Shown: one piece after another, positions 1 through 12,725 of the stretch
How positions within the stretch are numbered: the stretch's first letter is position 1
How the letters are laid out: each line of letters begins with the position of its first letter
Assembly: GCA_036172245.1 (NCBI GenBank)
Contig: JAYWIR010000042.1
Location: forward strand, 1,612,001-1,676,000
Length of the DNA stretch: 64,000 nucleotides
Source: Raillietiella orientalis
Lineage: Eukaryota
Direction of reading: 5' to 3'
Program-made: the position numbers and the translations under genes
Notes under the pieces: model-generated
What the model saw: the letters and a program-made list of their open reading frames with translations, nothing else
Database searches by the model: none
What the model was told of the DNA's origin: nothing

Positions 1-184
1 TGAAAGTCAAACACACTTCTTGTGCATCCACTCCTACTGTTGGAGAAACTCAGTATTGTGATTGCAGAATAGCAGAAGAGTCCCATCATGTGAACTACAG
101 GAAGGGAGGGGGTTGTAGCCTACTATTAGGGAATTTATTACTGGGAGTGTAGAAAGCCTCTATGCTCAGCACACTACCAAAAGC

Positions 185-233
185 ATCTGCACCTCTGGGG
201 TATCCAAATTTTGGATACCCCAGAGGTGCAGAT
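185..233. repeat. Perfect inverted repeat, 24-bp arms with 1-nt spacer
   Basis: atctgcacctctggggtatccaaa-t-tttggataccccagaggtgcagat read directly. Confidence 0.95.
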
Positions 234-399
234 CTTTGCATTCTGCAATCTTAAGGAAGAGTCAGCAGTCAGTGAAGATGGCACTGTTGCATGGTTGATG
301 TGCAGTCATCTTCAGCATTTTGTACTGGAGACCACAAGCTCATCTTATGGGGGGTACAGTCTCTGAGATTCAAGCTACTCTTGTTAGCACATTCAACAA

Positions 400-1870
400 T
401 TCTGCCCACTGGAGCAGTCCATTGGCCTGGAACCTTGGTGTGGCCACTTTGGCCAGTTCAATTGTCTGTCAGGAATTTCTTTACTCCACAGTTTTTCGGG
501 AGAATTCTCATTCAGCCAGTAATCAGCTGTCATCCCTTGCCCATGGGGCATTACTTCTAAGGGAATAACGGATGGTTGAGACCACTCTGTCCATTCTCTC
601 CAAGGGGTACTCAAGGAAGCAGTTGACCAAGTCCCACTAGGTAAACTTAAGCCTTGTTCAGGTGTTGATTGCCTTCCACCATCATACATGAGAGTTCATG
701 GAGCGCTAGAGATCCAGCAGTTTCTAATAATGAGGATGCAATTTGCTTCAAGGAAAAGCCAAAAGCCTGAATCCTGATGCGGCCACGGAGCAGCATTGAA
801 GTGACATCCTCGCAGCTGACCACACTACGGAGGATGAAGCGCACCTGCAAAGACCAGTTTGATGTCCCCAGCTTGGTCACAAGGGTCGGTTTTCGAAGCG
901 GCACTTGCAGCTTGATTTCATCCAGCTTCAAGACGGCCGCGACCATCGTTGGTGCACGTGATCATGAACCAACATCTGGAAATCACCCGAGTGTATGGGT
1001 GTGAAAGATGGCTCGTCTGCATAGCAAGGATCAGAGTCATGTGGAACAGATGGGATGCAAGAAATTAGTGGAGGTTACACATTGAAGATGCATTGAGCAT
1101 TTTGTTGCAAGCTGAGTCAGAAAGAAGCATCACAGTGGCCGAAATCGATTATCGTTTTTGTGACGGCACTTGCCCGAACCATGGCCAGGAATGAAACAAA
1201 AATTCGTTCAGAATACCCATGGATTGCACATGCCCTTCCACAAGCCTTTTAACTAACTAATGCGCTATTTGCAAGATTTCGTGATTGAGGAAGTGGCGAT
1301 TCGAAGTATAATGGCAAGTGAGAGGCAAGCAAGGAAGGTGGTAGTTTTTGTAGGAGATAGGGAGGAAAAAGAGCATTGGACTGCTGATTGATTGTGCGTC
1401 ACGCACGCTATCTATGGAAAAGGAAACCACTGCAGAAAAGACGAATCTGTTGGTGAAAGATTGCACTGCTGTACAGCGCTATTCCTTGTTTGTAAAAGGG
1501 TTGACTGTGTTGGTACGAGATGGCACCACTGCAGCACCTACGATTTTCCTTTTAGCTCAGCGGATGGGCTCCTGGACGAACTCCCCACGGCTGCAACAAA
1601 AGCTGTTGTGCGCTACAGTCTTTTGTGAAGCTGCGACATCACTCCAGCAGATGGAAGGATGGCAGAACAGTGAGAAGATTGTCTTCTACTTGACAATGGT
1701 CGCACTGTTCCAACAACCTTTGCGTAACAAGCAGCACAGAAATGACCCTGTCCCTGAAACAGGAGTCCAAGAACTGTCCCTCATCGCACGCTAAGTCTCC
1801 AGGAAGAAGGTCTGGAATCCGGTGATCCTTCCCTCTACACCAAGTATTTTCACTGTAGTTGCATCTCTTC
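400..1870 (-). mobile_element. Possible decayed non-LTR retrotransposon fragments
   Basis: Minus-strand fragments resemble LINE ORF1 (IASSLLETAGSL..YDGGRQ, about 650-750) and a LINE C-terminal Cys motif (LEQCDHCQVEDNLL, about 1670-1715). No intact ORF. Confidence 0.25.
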
Positions 1871-4800
1871 AACTGCCTTTACTGAGCTGGTTCCTATGCT
1901 GACAATAGGAGCCCGTGGTGTCCAGATTCCGCAGGCGGGTTTTCGTACTAGTTTCTTTGTGTACATATTTAATGCGTAGGTAAATAAACGTACCGAAGTA
2001 ACATTCTCATTCCGACTTCCCAATCCATTTATCTAAAATAAATAAATGAAAATCTATACAGTTGTAGAAGACCGGTATGGGCCGATCCGAAACCTGAGCG
2101 ACTACCCTCACTAGGAACAGGACTGAGGAGAGGATGGAGGATCAGCAGCTAAATAGGAAATGGGATGGAGCGCCCTCACGTTCCTTAAAATGATTGCAGA
2201 GGGTCTGTGTCGGGTGGGGGAAGGATGGTGGGGAGACATGGCTGGGCTAAGAGATAGAGCAGATGCACGTGCATATGGCGAGAAACCAGGAGACATACAA
2301 TGATGCTCGAATCCAGACCCTCAAAGAGTTGATGTTTTTAATCGGATTTCACCACGAGGCAATGAGAAGCTCTGAGCAGAGTCACTGCGGAAATACATAA
2401 GAGTAAATCAGCGTGCGCGCGCAAATAATTATTGTTTCAGTAAAATCATTGCGAATCACCTAATTCCTTAAAAATTGCTAATCTCTTGCTGAAGAGGTCT
2501 TGATCTCATTTCCGGGAAACTTAGGATAGGGAGCGGTCGTATCTATGGCAAACGGTATTTTGTCTTTGGCCATGTTATCTTGAGCTGCGCGATGTACCGA
2601 ACCATTGCCACCTGCATGACTCCTGACGGCATGAAAAGACCGCATGCACGATCAGACCTCTCAGAGACAACCCATCCTCGCAAGAGGCTCAGAGTGCACG
2701 TTGCAGCACGCTGGGAATGCTCCACAGACTACACCACGGTACTTATTGCGGAATCTGGGTCACCCCTTCAACCACCCCACGAAGCCGAGCCGTACATTCT
2801 ATAGCAGTAGAGAGCTCCACCTTTCCATGTGGTAGGAGTGTCAGGTGGAGCAACCGGTGCTCTTTGAAGGGCGTCGCTTATGTTTTCCATCCACGATGGT
2901 GCACAGATTTGCGGGCAGGCAAAAATTCATATCAAACCCATGTGAGTAAAGGAAAGTGATCTAGAGCACACAGCATGTTGCTCCTCTTCCAATAGTACGG
3001 AACATACCAAATAAAAACCTGTGCATGTGCTGTTTAGGGCTTAACCATAACTTGACTTCGAAAATCCTCCCCAATCAGAGTTCGTTGCAATTGAAAGAAG
3101 CAACCAAAACTTAAGGACGAGTGCGCAGACCGAGAGATCGGGGAGTAAGCGTTGACAGTGAGGTAGCTTTTCCTGGACAAAATCAACCATGCCGATCTCT
3201 CAACAAAGAATACTAATAATCACGGCTGAGCGTGGAAAACTTCCCCTTCTCTTTGAATGCTTTGTCTACGAGTTTTGAAAGATTTGCTCTGAAGATCTTT
3301 ATCTGCTGTGAAAAATTCGAGTTTTCCCTTTGGAATCTGCAACGTCATTGCGTTATCCACGTTTACCTGGCAGTCAGCTTTAGAATGATGCTACGGATTA
3401 CGTAGCAACAGGTTCATCACTGCTTTCAGAAGAGAAGGCTTGATGTAGCGTTCCCCCTTTTTTTTTACTGTCACGAAGATTTCTGGGAGCAACCCGCCCC
3501 CCTTCGTGGTCAAACACCGTCCCATCTTTCCGGTCCATCCATTTTCATTTATTCATTTCATGCACCTACATAGCGCCGCTGTGATGCAGTACGCGTAACC
3601 CGAATAATTTCTTGATGTTCCGGAAGTAGGGAGCTCCGTACCATGGTGAACTTTTCATATTCCATGCGATACCTTCCATATGTTCGATAAGTCGACAAAA
3701 TTGGCATTTATGATTTATAATAATGCGATTTCCATCTCTTTGAAATTAACTCAATATTAAAAGGTACGTTAATCACACCATGCCTAATGCACCTCAGTGC
3801 CACTGGAACAGAAACTCTGGTTCACCTTAAAGAAGCAATGATGTTTATTTCAGGCACTGATAGCATTTAAGTGATGGTGTAGTTTCACTTAGTCTCCAGA
3901 GCTCGCAAACTCCTTTTTTTCAGACTGAAGTGGAACCAAATAAATTCCTAAAGGACGCGACAGGTTTCCGACTGATTCGAATCTGTTCACACATGTGCTC
4001 TCCTCACATGCAAAAAGATTTCGCAAAATTCATTCAAAGATCTTATGGACAAACAGCTCGCAGTGGAGATTCAGAACTCAGAAGACAGCTGTTGGTAAAC
4101 TCATTTTCCATTCTATTAAAAAATTAACCAGTTAAACTGCCTCAACTCAGACTCGGTCTTATCGAGGAACCAAAGGTTGAAATTGTACTCAGAGCTCTTC
4201 CCATAATCAGCAAAAAAAATCATTGGACAGAATTCTTTGCTGGATCACTCATACAATTATTTGACTCCAAAATATTACTTGTGCCAACTATTGACATGAC
4301 CGAATGTTTTCACTAGCTAATAGTAATGGATAGAAGCAAGCTGCATCACGACGAGAAGTTATTTAAACGCTGAAATCAAGGCATTTTCTGTATAATTTTT
4401 AAGAGAAATCATTTATTAAAATTACTAACTAATTATGAATCCTCAACTATATTTTCGGAGCAACCAGTTTGAATTCAGTTTCAATAATGTGTCTCTTTAT
4501 TCAGATCTCTTTTGTATTCCTTATTTTATTTATTCTACATTTTCAAAACAATCTACTAGGTGATATTATGCCCATTTATATCGGCAGAAAGTTTCATATT
4601 TTAACATTTAAACAGTGAAGTGGTTGCTGAACTCGTAGTCGCCGTATTTTCCTGCGGACAAATGTCAACCAATGTTTGCAAAAATATTCTCTCTGCTCAC
4701 AAAGAATAACTACTGATTTCAATCTTCTCCTCTGTTTAGCAGCTATTAAGCTACGTTAATTCGTGCAAGATTTTCAAAATTAGTTGTGCGTATTGGTATC

Positions 4801-5846
4801 ATCTTTGCTATTTCTTAATAGAGTACGCAGCAGAACATAGAGCAAACTCAAAAAGGTTTTCTTTTAAAAGCATAAAAATATAAACAGCAATTTCTTGAGT
4901 GGTTCCATTCTTGCCTGTTCCCTCAGAAAGCAGAAAAATAACACAAGAATAACCAAGACTTATCTATCATAAAGAATCATCCTTATTGGGATAAAATAAA
5001 ATCATGTAATTCACAATACAACTTCAGAACTTTAAAAATTATGAAGGAGCAGAATACAAAGCGCAACTTACTTTGAATGTAACATAGAATTAAAGATATA
5101 GTAAATAAATTTCCACTGAGATTAGTTAGTTTTCAAATTACAGGTTTGACTAATTAATCCATAAGAAATAATGCTTCATTATGATCTTTGACAAAACTCA
5201 TAACAATAAAATATCTTCCTTTCTGAAAAAAGATATGCTTCCCTTATTTGGTTCATTTCAAAATCCTATTCCCGATAGAAATTGAGTTATACCTCTCTGG
5301 CAGAGACAATACGATTCGGCAAAGTTGTGATGAGAAAACAAAGCAGTTTTTCGCATCTCCATAACTTCCGATAAAAGCTCTGTTTTCTTTTCTTTTTTTC
5401 TCAACATTTCATAATTATTATTACATTATCTATTTCCTTCTGAAGGAAACAAACAGACGGACATAATTTGGGCCTACATATGAATTTTTCCAGGAATCTC
5501 ATGTGCAGAGTTGCTAGAGTTTAAAGTCAGAGATGAGATTCATTGGTATGCCTGACTTTTTCGTTTTGAATTTTGGTGTGGATGGGTTGATTACTGCAAG
5601 AATAATCTAACCATTATGAATAATCGCAATTTAACTACTTTTGCATTCTCTTCTGAGTTATCTAGTTTGCTAATTTCATTTGTATCGCTACTTCCCTTGG
5701 AAGGTGAGTGAGTTTTTTCTCGTGAAGAGCCCCTGTAGAAACAAAAGGTGCGACTGTGAAGCTGCTCATCATCATCGTATACCTTCAGCATATCAATTGC
5801 ACGTATCCATCGAATTCTTTTAAAGGAAATCACAAGGCTGTTTCAA

Positions 5847-8800
5847 ATGAGTAATTTGAAATCTTCCGCAAACAATTCCAACGTGTGCCGTCTGGAAACA
5901 TTGCTCTCCAGCTTTAATCTCACTGAAGAAATAAGTCAGATATGCAATTTTAAAGAGGGTTTACGTGAGCTGGATGTGTCCGGAGGTGGAATGAAGTGGG
6001 ATGATGCCAGCGATGGTAATACATGGAACGAATGCAGAGTTGATTGCGAATATTTTTCCCATATCTAACGAATTTAGAAAAGTTTTCGGTTTTGGATGGG
6101 GGGCTAACGTTTTGTGCATATTTATGGTATAATAAGAGCTTACTTCGAATAAAGTGGGATGCAGAGTGCTTGCCTGCTGACAAATTCGATGCATTGAACA
6201 CTCATCTTTTGTTCAGATCTTTGCCAAACTAGACAATGCATGCTTAAGTTGCTCATATATCAGGGACAGAAATGTCTGTACTGCTTTCTAAAACTTGTAC
6301 GAACTCCGGTGTCCAGGCGTTCTCAGTGACTTGGCATCGTTTCATATGTATTCAGTATCGCAGATCACCCTTTCTAAGTTCACCTCCTGTTGCACTGCTA
6401 TTGTGGATGATTTTTACATCTGAGCTGAGATTATACTCATGTGCTCTCATTTTGTAATCATTGTATCAGTTATTATTATTATGTTTTTTCAACATTTGCA
6501 TCTAAATCAGTTTTGTCTTTTAATGAGAGCAGAATGAATATTGATTGAAAGCAGATGATAAAATACAATGGGGTTGATCAAAGAGAATATATGAATGTAA
6601 GTGTGGATAAGATACATAAGCCTCCTATAACAATTTGGAAGAAATGGAAAGATTGATTAGGAAAACATAATGATAAAGTCCACAATTTTTGTGCATAAAT
6701 TAGAGTTGTTTTCTCTACAATAAGCCTTCTTTTTTGGGAAATGCTGTGATTTCTCTCAAATGAGTTAGCTTGGATAAGTGTTTGAGTAGAGAAATTTAGA
6801 GCTCAATAGCAGCGAAAGTGTAGAGAAACTAAAGTGATGAATAAATGTATTTCGTTTTTTCTCCAATTTCTTTGTCAACATTATTTCTTTCAGTTTAGAT
6901 TCTGAATTTTCCATGTATACTTCATCAGTTTAGGTGAAAATTGCAAGTTCAAGAATAGAAACAGTCAAGAAATGACTAGGAAATCCAATGAAATTACTGC
7001 ATATTTTGGTCTTTTGAGATCATCAAATAACTGACAAGAGTTTATAGTAGCAGTTAAAACCTGTTTCAGTGATTCATAATACTTGGAAGAAGACTGTTGA
7101 ATGGTGCCAATGAATTAGAAAGCACCAATCACAAAAATTTTGCTAGTGCAATTGGTTATTACCTGAACATCATGATGAATAAAAAAAAATGTAATTTAAA
7201 AACATAATTATGGGGATTTTTGTCATTTGGTCCATTTTTGTCGGTGGCATAGTGGATATGGAATGCAAGGGATAGCCTGGTAATTGTTTTTATGACTGCT
7301 GAAGTTCACTCATCATTCAAGTATTCACAGTGACTGGTTAACCAAAACAAATGGTAGCAAGAACAAATGATATGGCGATGCTCATTTGGCGAGAGCAAAA
7401 ATAAAAGACCGTGTTGGATTTGTAAGTAATTGGTTGGTTAGAGCAAGACTTGCAAATTTAATTGTCAAAAAGCAATAGCATCAACACCTGGGTAATAGAG
7501 GATGTTTTGAATGCCAGAGGACTTGTGCAGTACTGAGTTTACCTAAAAGTACATTATGCTTCCACTAGCTGGGACATGCTTATGCCAATCAGTTATGTTA
7601 CATGCACCCATATCTCTGGATGTATGGTGTGGAATTGCCATTTTCAGGGCTGTAAATCCATGTTCTGATGATTGCATTGTGAATTACGTTTATTACCTTT
7701 GACTAGTGAAACCAATAGGAAAATAAACTATTTTACAGCAGCAGTTAATTATTAATAGATTTGTGTAAATTATCAGATGTAAAAGAAATGAGTGTTCAGC
7801 ATGAATATGTGCCACATATTGGACTTTCTAAGGGAAGCCAGATTTGCTCCTTTCTGAAGTGTGAACCTTTCATTGCAGGAAGTAGAAAGAAATTAAAGCA
7901 TGACAGAAGGATATGCTGAATGAATAGGAATGTAAAATTATGTTTCAGGATCTTGTATGTAGGAAAATCAGTATTTTTTTTTTTTTTTTACATCAAATCA
8001 GTAACAGTAGCTTGTTCGTCCCATATATCCATCTTATCAGGTATCTGTGTTTCTGTTCTGCTGACTTCTGTATTTCCATGCCTTTGGAGTATCCCTCCTT
8101 CCATCAGGTGAGAATACACACTGTAGGTGTTATTCTGTGTTGATTGAGGCTATGTACTGTATTTACTCAAGATTAGATGTTGAAGCACCTTGAGAAGTAA
8201 TGCAGATGATTTCAAGAATAATTCTCGTAATTAAAATTATGTTTCTTTTGTGTTGATTTCTATTGAAATAATTATGATGATCCTAGTTTGCCTTCCTGGG
8301 TATGCACATACTAGTATGGGCATTTTTTTATTTTTTTATTTCAATCTAAGTGAATTTTGTTATCGGTAGTAACAAAATTCGCTTAGATGAATGAATCATG
8401 TGTTACTTTTGGCTTATTCGAGCATTCAAAATTAAGGTAGCACATTTGTTTTTCTTTTGTTGTATTTCCCTATTTCATTTCAGTTTCACTTTGTTACTTA
8501 CAAACTTAAATGTGTTTATCTACTCAATTGTTGTGCATCCTTTAAAATTCCAATGAACATTTGATGAAATAGCAGATCTTCATGAAAAATTATTCTCGAT
8601 ACTACTATGGCATTTTCATGGTGTGAGCCATTCCATGGGTATGGTTATATTTTTCGGACTACATGGTAATTTCAGCCCATTTTGCTGTGTGTGTGTGTGT
8701 GTGGTGTGTTTTCCATCCCTCCTGGGAATGATCCTGCCAATACTTAACTGCTGCAAATGCATTTTCACTGTTCTGTATGCCTCAGTTTCTTAGTATGGAA

Positions 8801-11430
8801 ACATTTGGATGATGTCTTTCAAATTCTTGTGTTGGTTATTTTGAATGTAGAAAATCTTTGAAGTGATGAACTGAATACGTGAACCACAGAGTCATGAAAT
8901 CCAACCATCTAAACTTTTGGAGTATTAAATACTTCAGTAGATTTGATTGGGAGTACATTTCCAGTAAAGTCATATTTAGTTTCATGGTGTGTTTTTGAAT
9001 TGTTTTTAGTGTGCATTTGCTATTTGAATGGTTTGCAGTCCAGTCATCAGTATGCAAAATTGGAGTTTGCGGCAATCCAAGTTTGAGAGCCCTTTCAGAT
9101 TACTTGTTCCAACTTTTGCGAATATATCGGTGTTTTGATTTCACCATCTTTTCAAGTAGTAATCACATTTTTTCCTATAATTATGCAAACTGAGTATAGT
9201 CCATTTATGTGTGGAGCAAGGGAGTATCCACTTATGCTTTATTTAGCTTGAGATGCCTGCTTTTTTTTTTATCTTTGCAAGCATAGCAGGAGATCCAGTT
9301 TATTTGAACATTGAATATTGCACAAGTGATTTTTAATAACTCCCGATCTGACTTTTCGGAATAATGGTTCTTAAAGAAATATATTCATGTGCCACTCCAC
9401 ATTATTAGGACAATGAAACGTCATTTCTTCACAACATTGAAATTACTGAACTTCTAGCCAAAAAAACTATTGCATGCTAACCAATGTTTTTTGTTTGAAA
9501 TTGTTTTGTGGCATTTTTGTGCACAGCCAAAAAAATCTTGCCCATTATTCAGTTCCTTATTCTTTTTGAATTTAGTTCTGAACATTGTGAATGAACTGAA
9601 AACGATGGAAACTTTGAATAGTTTGAAACTTGAAGGAAACAGCTTGGGGATCGAAGCTGCAAAAGCAATTGGTGAAGCATTAGCGCTTCATTCTGATTTG
9701 AAAAGTGCTAAATGGAAGGATTTATTCACAGGCAGACTGAAGACTGAAATCCCACAAGCTTTGGTAATATAATTGTTACCTGTGTATGTTACTGTTGGTA
9801 TCCTATAATTGAAGAGTTATCTGAGGCAAGGACTAGAGAGAGGCCACGTTCAGTTAGAAGAACTAGATCTCAGCGATAATGCTATTGGTCCTGTTGGCAT
9901 GGAGGAACTACAAAACTTGTTAAAAAGTCCAGTATGCTACACATTGAAAGAGCTTAGACTCAATAATTGTGGTTTGGGTATCCAAGGAGGACAAGTAAGT
10001 AAATCAATGAATCCTGCAACAAAAACCTATATTTGCAGATGCTGTCAAATGCCCTCTTAGAGTGCCACAAATCAAGCAGTTCTGTAGGAAAACCTTTATC
10101 CCTAAGGGTTCTGCAATTGGGCCGAAATCGCCTTGAAAATAAAGGAGCTATCTCTTTAGCGAAATTGTTCAAGGTTATAAAAACTCTAGTGAGGATTAAA
10201 GCGTTATCAGATATGTAGGTTCTAAAAACTCTTGAAGTTGTCGAAATGCCCCAAAATGGTATCTACTTCAAAGGATTTGAAGCATTAGCAGAAGCTCTCG
10301 CTCTGAATTCTTTCTTATATGAATTAAATCTAAATGATAATACATCTACTGAGAAGGGAGCTAAAGCTTTAGCAAACATTATTCCCCATCTTCCACGATT
10401 AAAGATACTGAACCTTGGTGATTGCCTTCTCAAGACAAAAGGAGCTGAACTCATCAGCCATTCTTTACAGCTTCACAGTCAAGAATTGAGGGTTAGTTGC
10501 TTATGATTTCTTATGAATTGACAAATTAATATAGGAACTCCATTTATCTGCCAACGATATTTCTTTAAATGGTGCCTTAAACATATTAGAATGCACAAGT
10601 AATTTGAATAATCTGGATCTGTTGGATCTAAGTGGAAATTCGTTTGGTAAGATTGATTGTCATAAATTATTTTCTCATCCTGGAAGAGGTGATTGGGTTC
10701 ATGTCCTGCGAAATCTGTAAGCATTGCATTACTGGCTTAAACTTTGATGACTTTCCTGCTGTAGTAATGAACATGAAGATGAAATGGAGGGAAGCGAAGA
10801 ATGCCTAAGTGAAAGTGAGGTATCAAGAACATTAGATGAGAGTAATGACATTACACAGGAAGAATCAGACGTTTCCGTTGTAGAAAACTTTTTTCTACAT
10901 CCCACTATTGTGAACTTGCTAGAAATGAGTAAATATCCTGCATCAAAACTCCAGGAATACGTACAGGTAAAAAAATAGTTTCCAATTCTCACTTATGGTG
11001 CAGCATCATTGCAAACAAAGAGCATGACAATTGAGGACTGCTTAGAGTCTTTTGCCCAAGTAGCAGAGTTAACTGTGAATAACGAATCAGCTGTGGTTTC
11101 TCAGTCAATAATAGAAAAACTTTTAGCACATGCTTTTGCCACACATCCCATTACTACTACAAACTTATTGCTCGTAAAGTTAGGTCTACTTAAAGTGAGT
11201 GATTATACTTTTGTAGTTTTTACACCAGAATTATACAGGCAGAAGAAAAATCGTTTTCTGTGAACTGGAAACTGGAAGACTGCTTATTGGCTTTTACAAA
11301 CTATGTGAATCAAGTAACTCTTCCTCAAGAGGTGAAATCTATCTTACAATTCTTCCTGTCACAACCACAAAAAGAATTACAATGTTGCAAGGAAACTACA
11401 CATACATTACTGAAAGCATTATACCAGTAA
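5847..11430 (+). CDS. RANGAP1: Ran GTPase-activating protein 1 (spliced)
   Basis: Inferred exons 5847-6015, 9576-9763, 9815-9994, 10039-10173, 10219-10491, 10535-10646, 10689-10716, 10765-10966, 11021-11194, 11239-11430; all GT-AG and in frame. LRR motifs LEGNSLGIEAAKAIG, WKDLFTGRLKTEIP, LDLSDNAIG, GRNRLEN, MPQNGI; acidic linker; C-terminal LGLLKAEEK matches the RanGAP1 SUMO-site context. The 28-nt exon and the 11020 acceptor are less certain. Confidence 0.93.
8686..8703. repeat. (TG)9 microsatellite in RanGAP1 intron 1
   Basis: Direct read. Confidence 0.9.
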
Positions 11431-11485
11431 TAAAAACGTAAATGTTGAAGTAAAAATGTTTATTACTTAGACCATGATGAAACAC

Positions 11486-12544
11486 TCAATCTCTTGTTCC
11501 ATTCCTCTCACTGGCATAACTGGTTCCAGATCTCGATCTTGACCTGCTTAACAGGAGGATCAAATTAATGCTGCTGTTTCATTACCTTCTGCTTCTAACT
11601 GGAGAATAGGAATGTGATTGGGAATCTGATCGACTGCCACGTGAATAACTCCTTGATCTTCTCTGTGGAGACCTTAAGAGAACAAGAATGATGAAAAACA
11701 AGTCATGTCTAGTCTACCTCACAATCAGATGAGCACCTACATGATATGATCTCATGTTAGCACAGAACACTGGGTAAAGGTGAGGCAGAAATAGCTGCAG
11801 AGTATTACAAACCACAATAAACGAATCTACTGAGTAACAAGTGAAGATGCTACTGAATGATAACTGAAGATGGAATAAAAGAGAAAAAGGATTTGAAGGG
11901 ATTGTTGATTGCTGCTGGTACCACTGCAGGCATCAAAAGAGCTCTGTAGTATTCTGCTGCCTTGCAGATGGTCACCACAAAGAAAATCAAATGATGAGTT
12001 GGGAAGAGGTGTCAGATGGGCTGCCAGTGATGCAATAATGCTGAGAGACTTGTCAACTTGAAATGATACATGAAGTCCTAGAATGGGCAGTCCCATTAAG
12101 AGGTTCCACAGATTTTTGTACACCATTCATAAATTTTTTGTAGTCCCGAGTATCTGAGGAACTCACCTAGAGTAATTACGGGGTCTGTAAGAATATCGCG
12201 GCGAATAACGAGATGGAGGTCCGTAACGCCCTCCTCTTCGACTTTTCCCACTGGACATCTCTACACGTACACGGGAACCACAAATACGACTGTATTGATA
12301 TTCGTAGAATTTTATTTTACTATATTCAATTCTACCTTCCATCTAAGGCACGAACAGCATCTTCCGCATCTCGAGGATCTTCAAACTCCACAAAAGCAAA
12401 TCCAGGTGGATTTCTGGCTACCCACACATTGCGTAGTGGTCCATATTTGCCAAAAGCACTCTCCAGCTCATGCTTTGATGCATTGCTCCCCAAGTTACCA
12501 ACATACACCTTACACTCCAAATCCCACTCACGGTAACGTGACAT
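11486..12544 (-). CDS. Rbp1: Rbp1/SRSF3-like SR protein, downstream copy B
   Basis: Exons 12544-12336, 12289-12167, 11672-11586, 11543-11486. [22 protein letters not shown]...[21 protein letters not shown]...[11 protein letters not shown], then an RS tail ending GTRD*. AATAAA at 11464-11459. Confidence 0.92.
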
Positions 12545-12725
12545 ACTAGCTACTGATAACTAAATACTTTTGAAGTTCTCATTACATTCAAAGACTCGGG
12601 GTGGTGGGGTCGTCAAGCCCAATGACAGAAGTCTGCCTCTGTTCCCCTGCCAAAAACAAATTCACACAATTTTGTCAGTAGCTTTTATTCATCAAAAATT
12701 CAGTACATCTCCACACATAGCCACG

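Noticed and set aside
3900..5400. Divergent gene or MULE/FAR1-like remnant upstream of RanGAP1
   Set aside because: Some splice-like sites but no consistent frame or clear domain.
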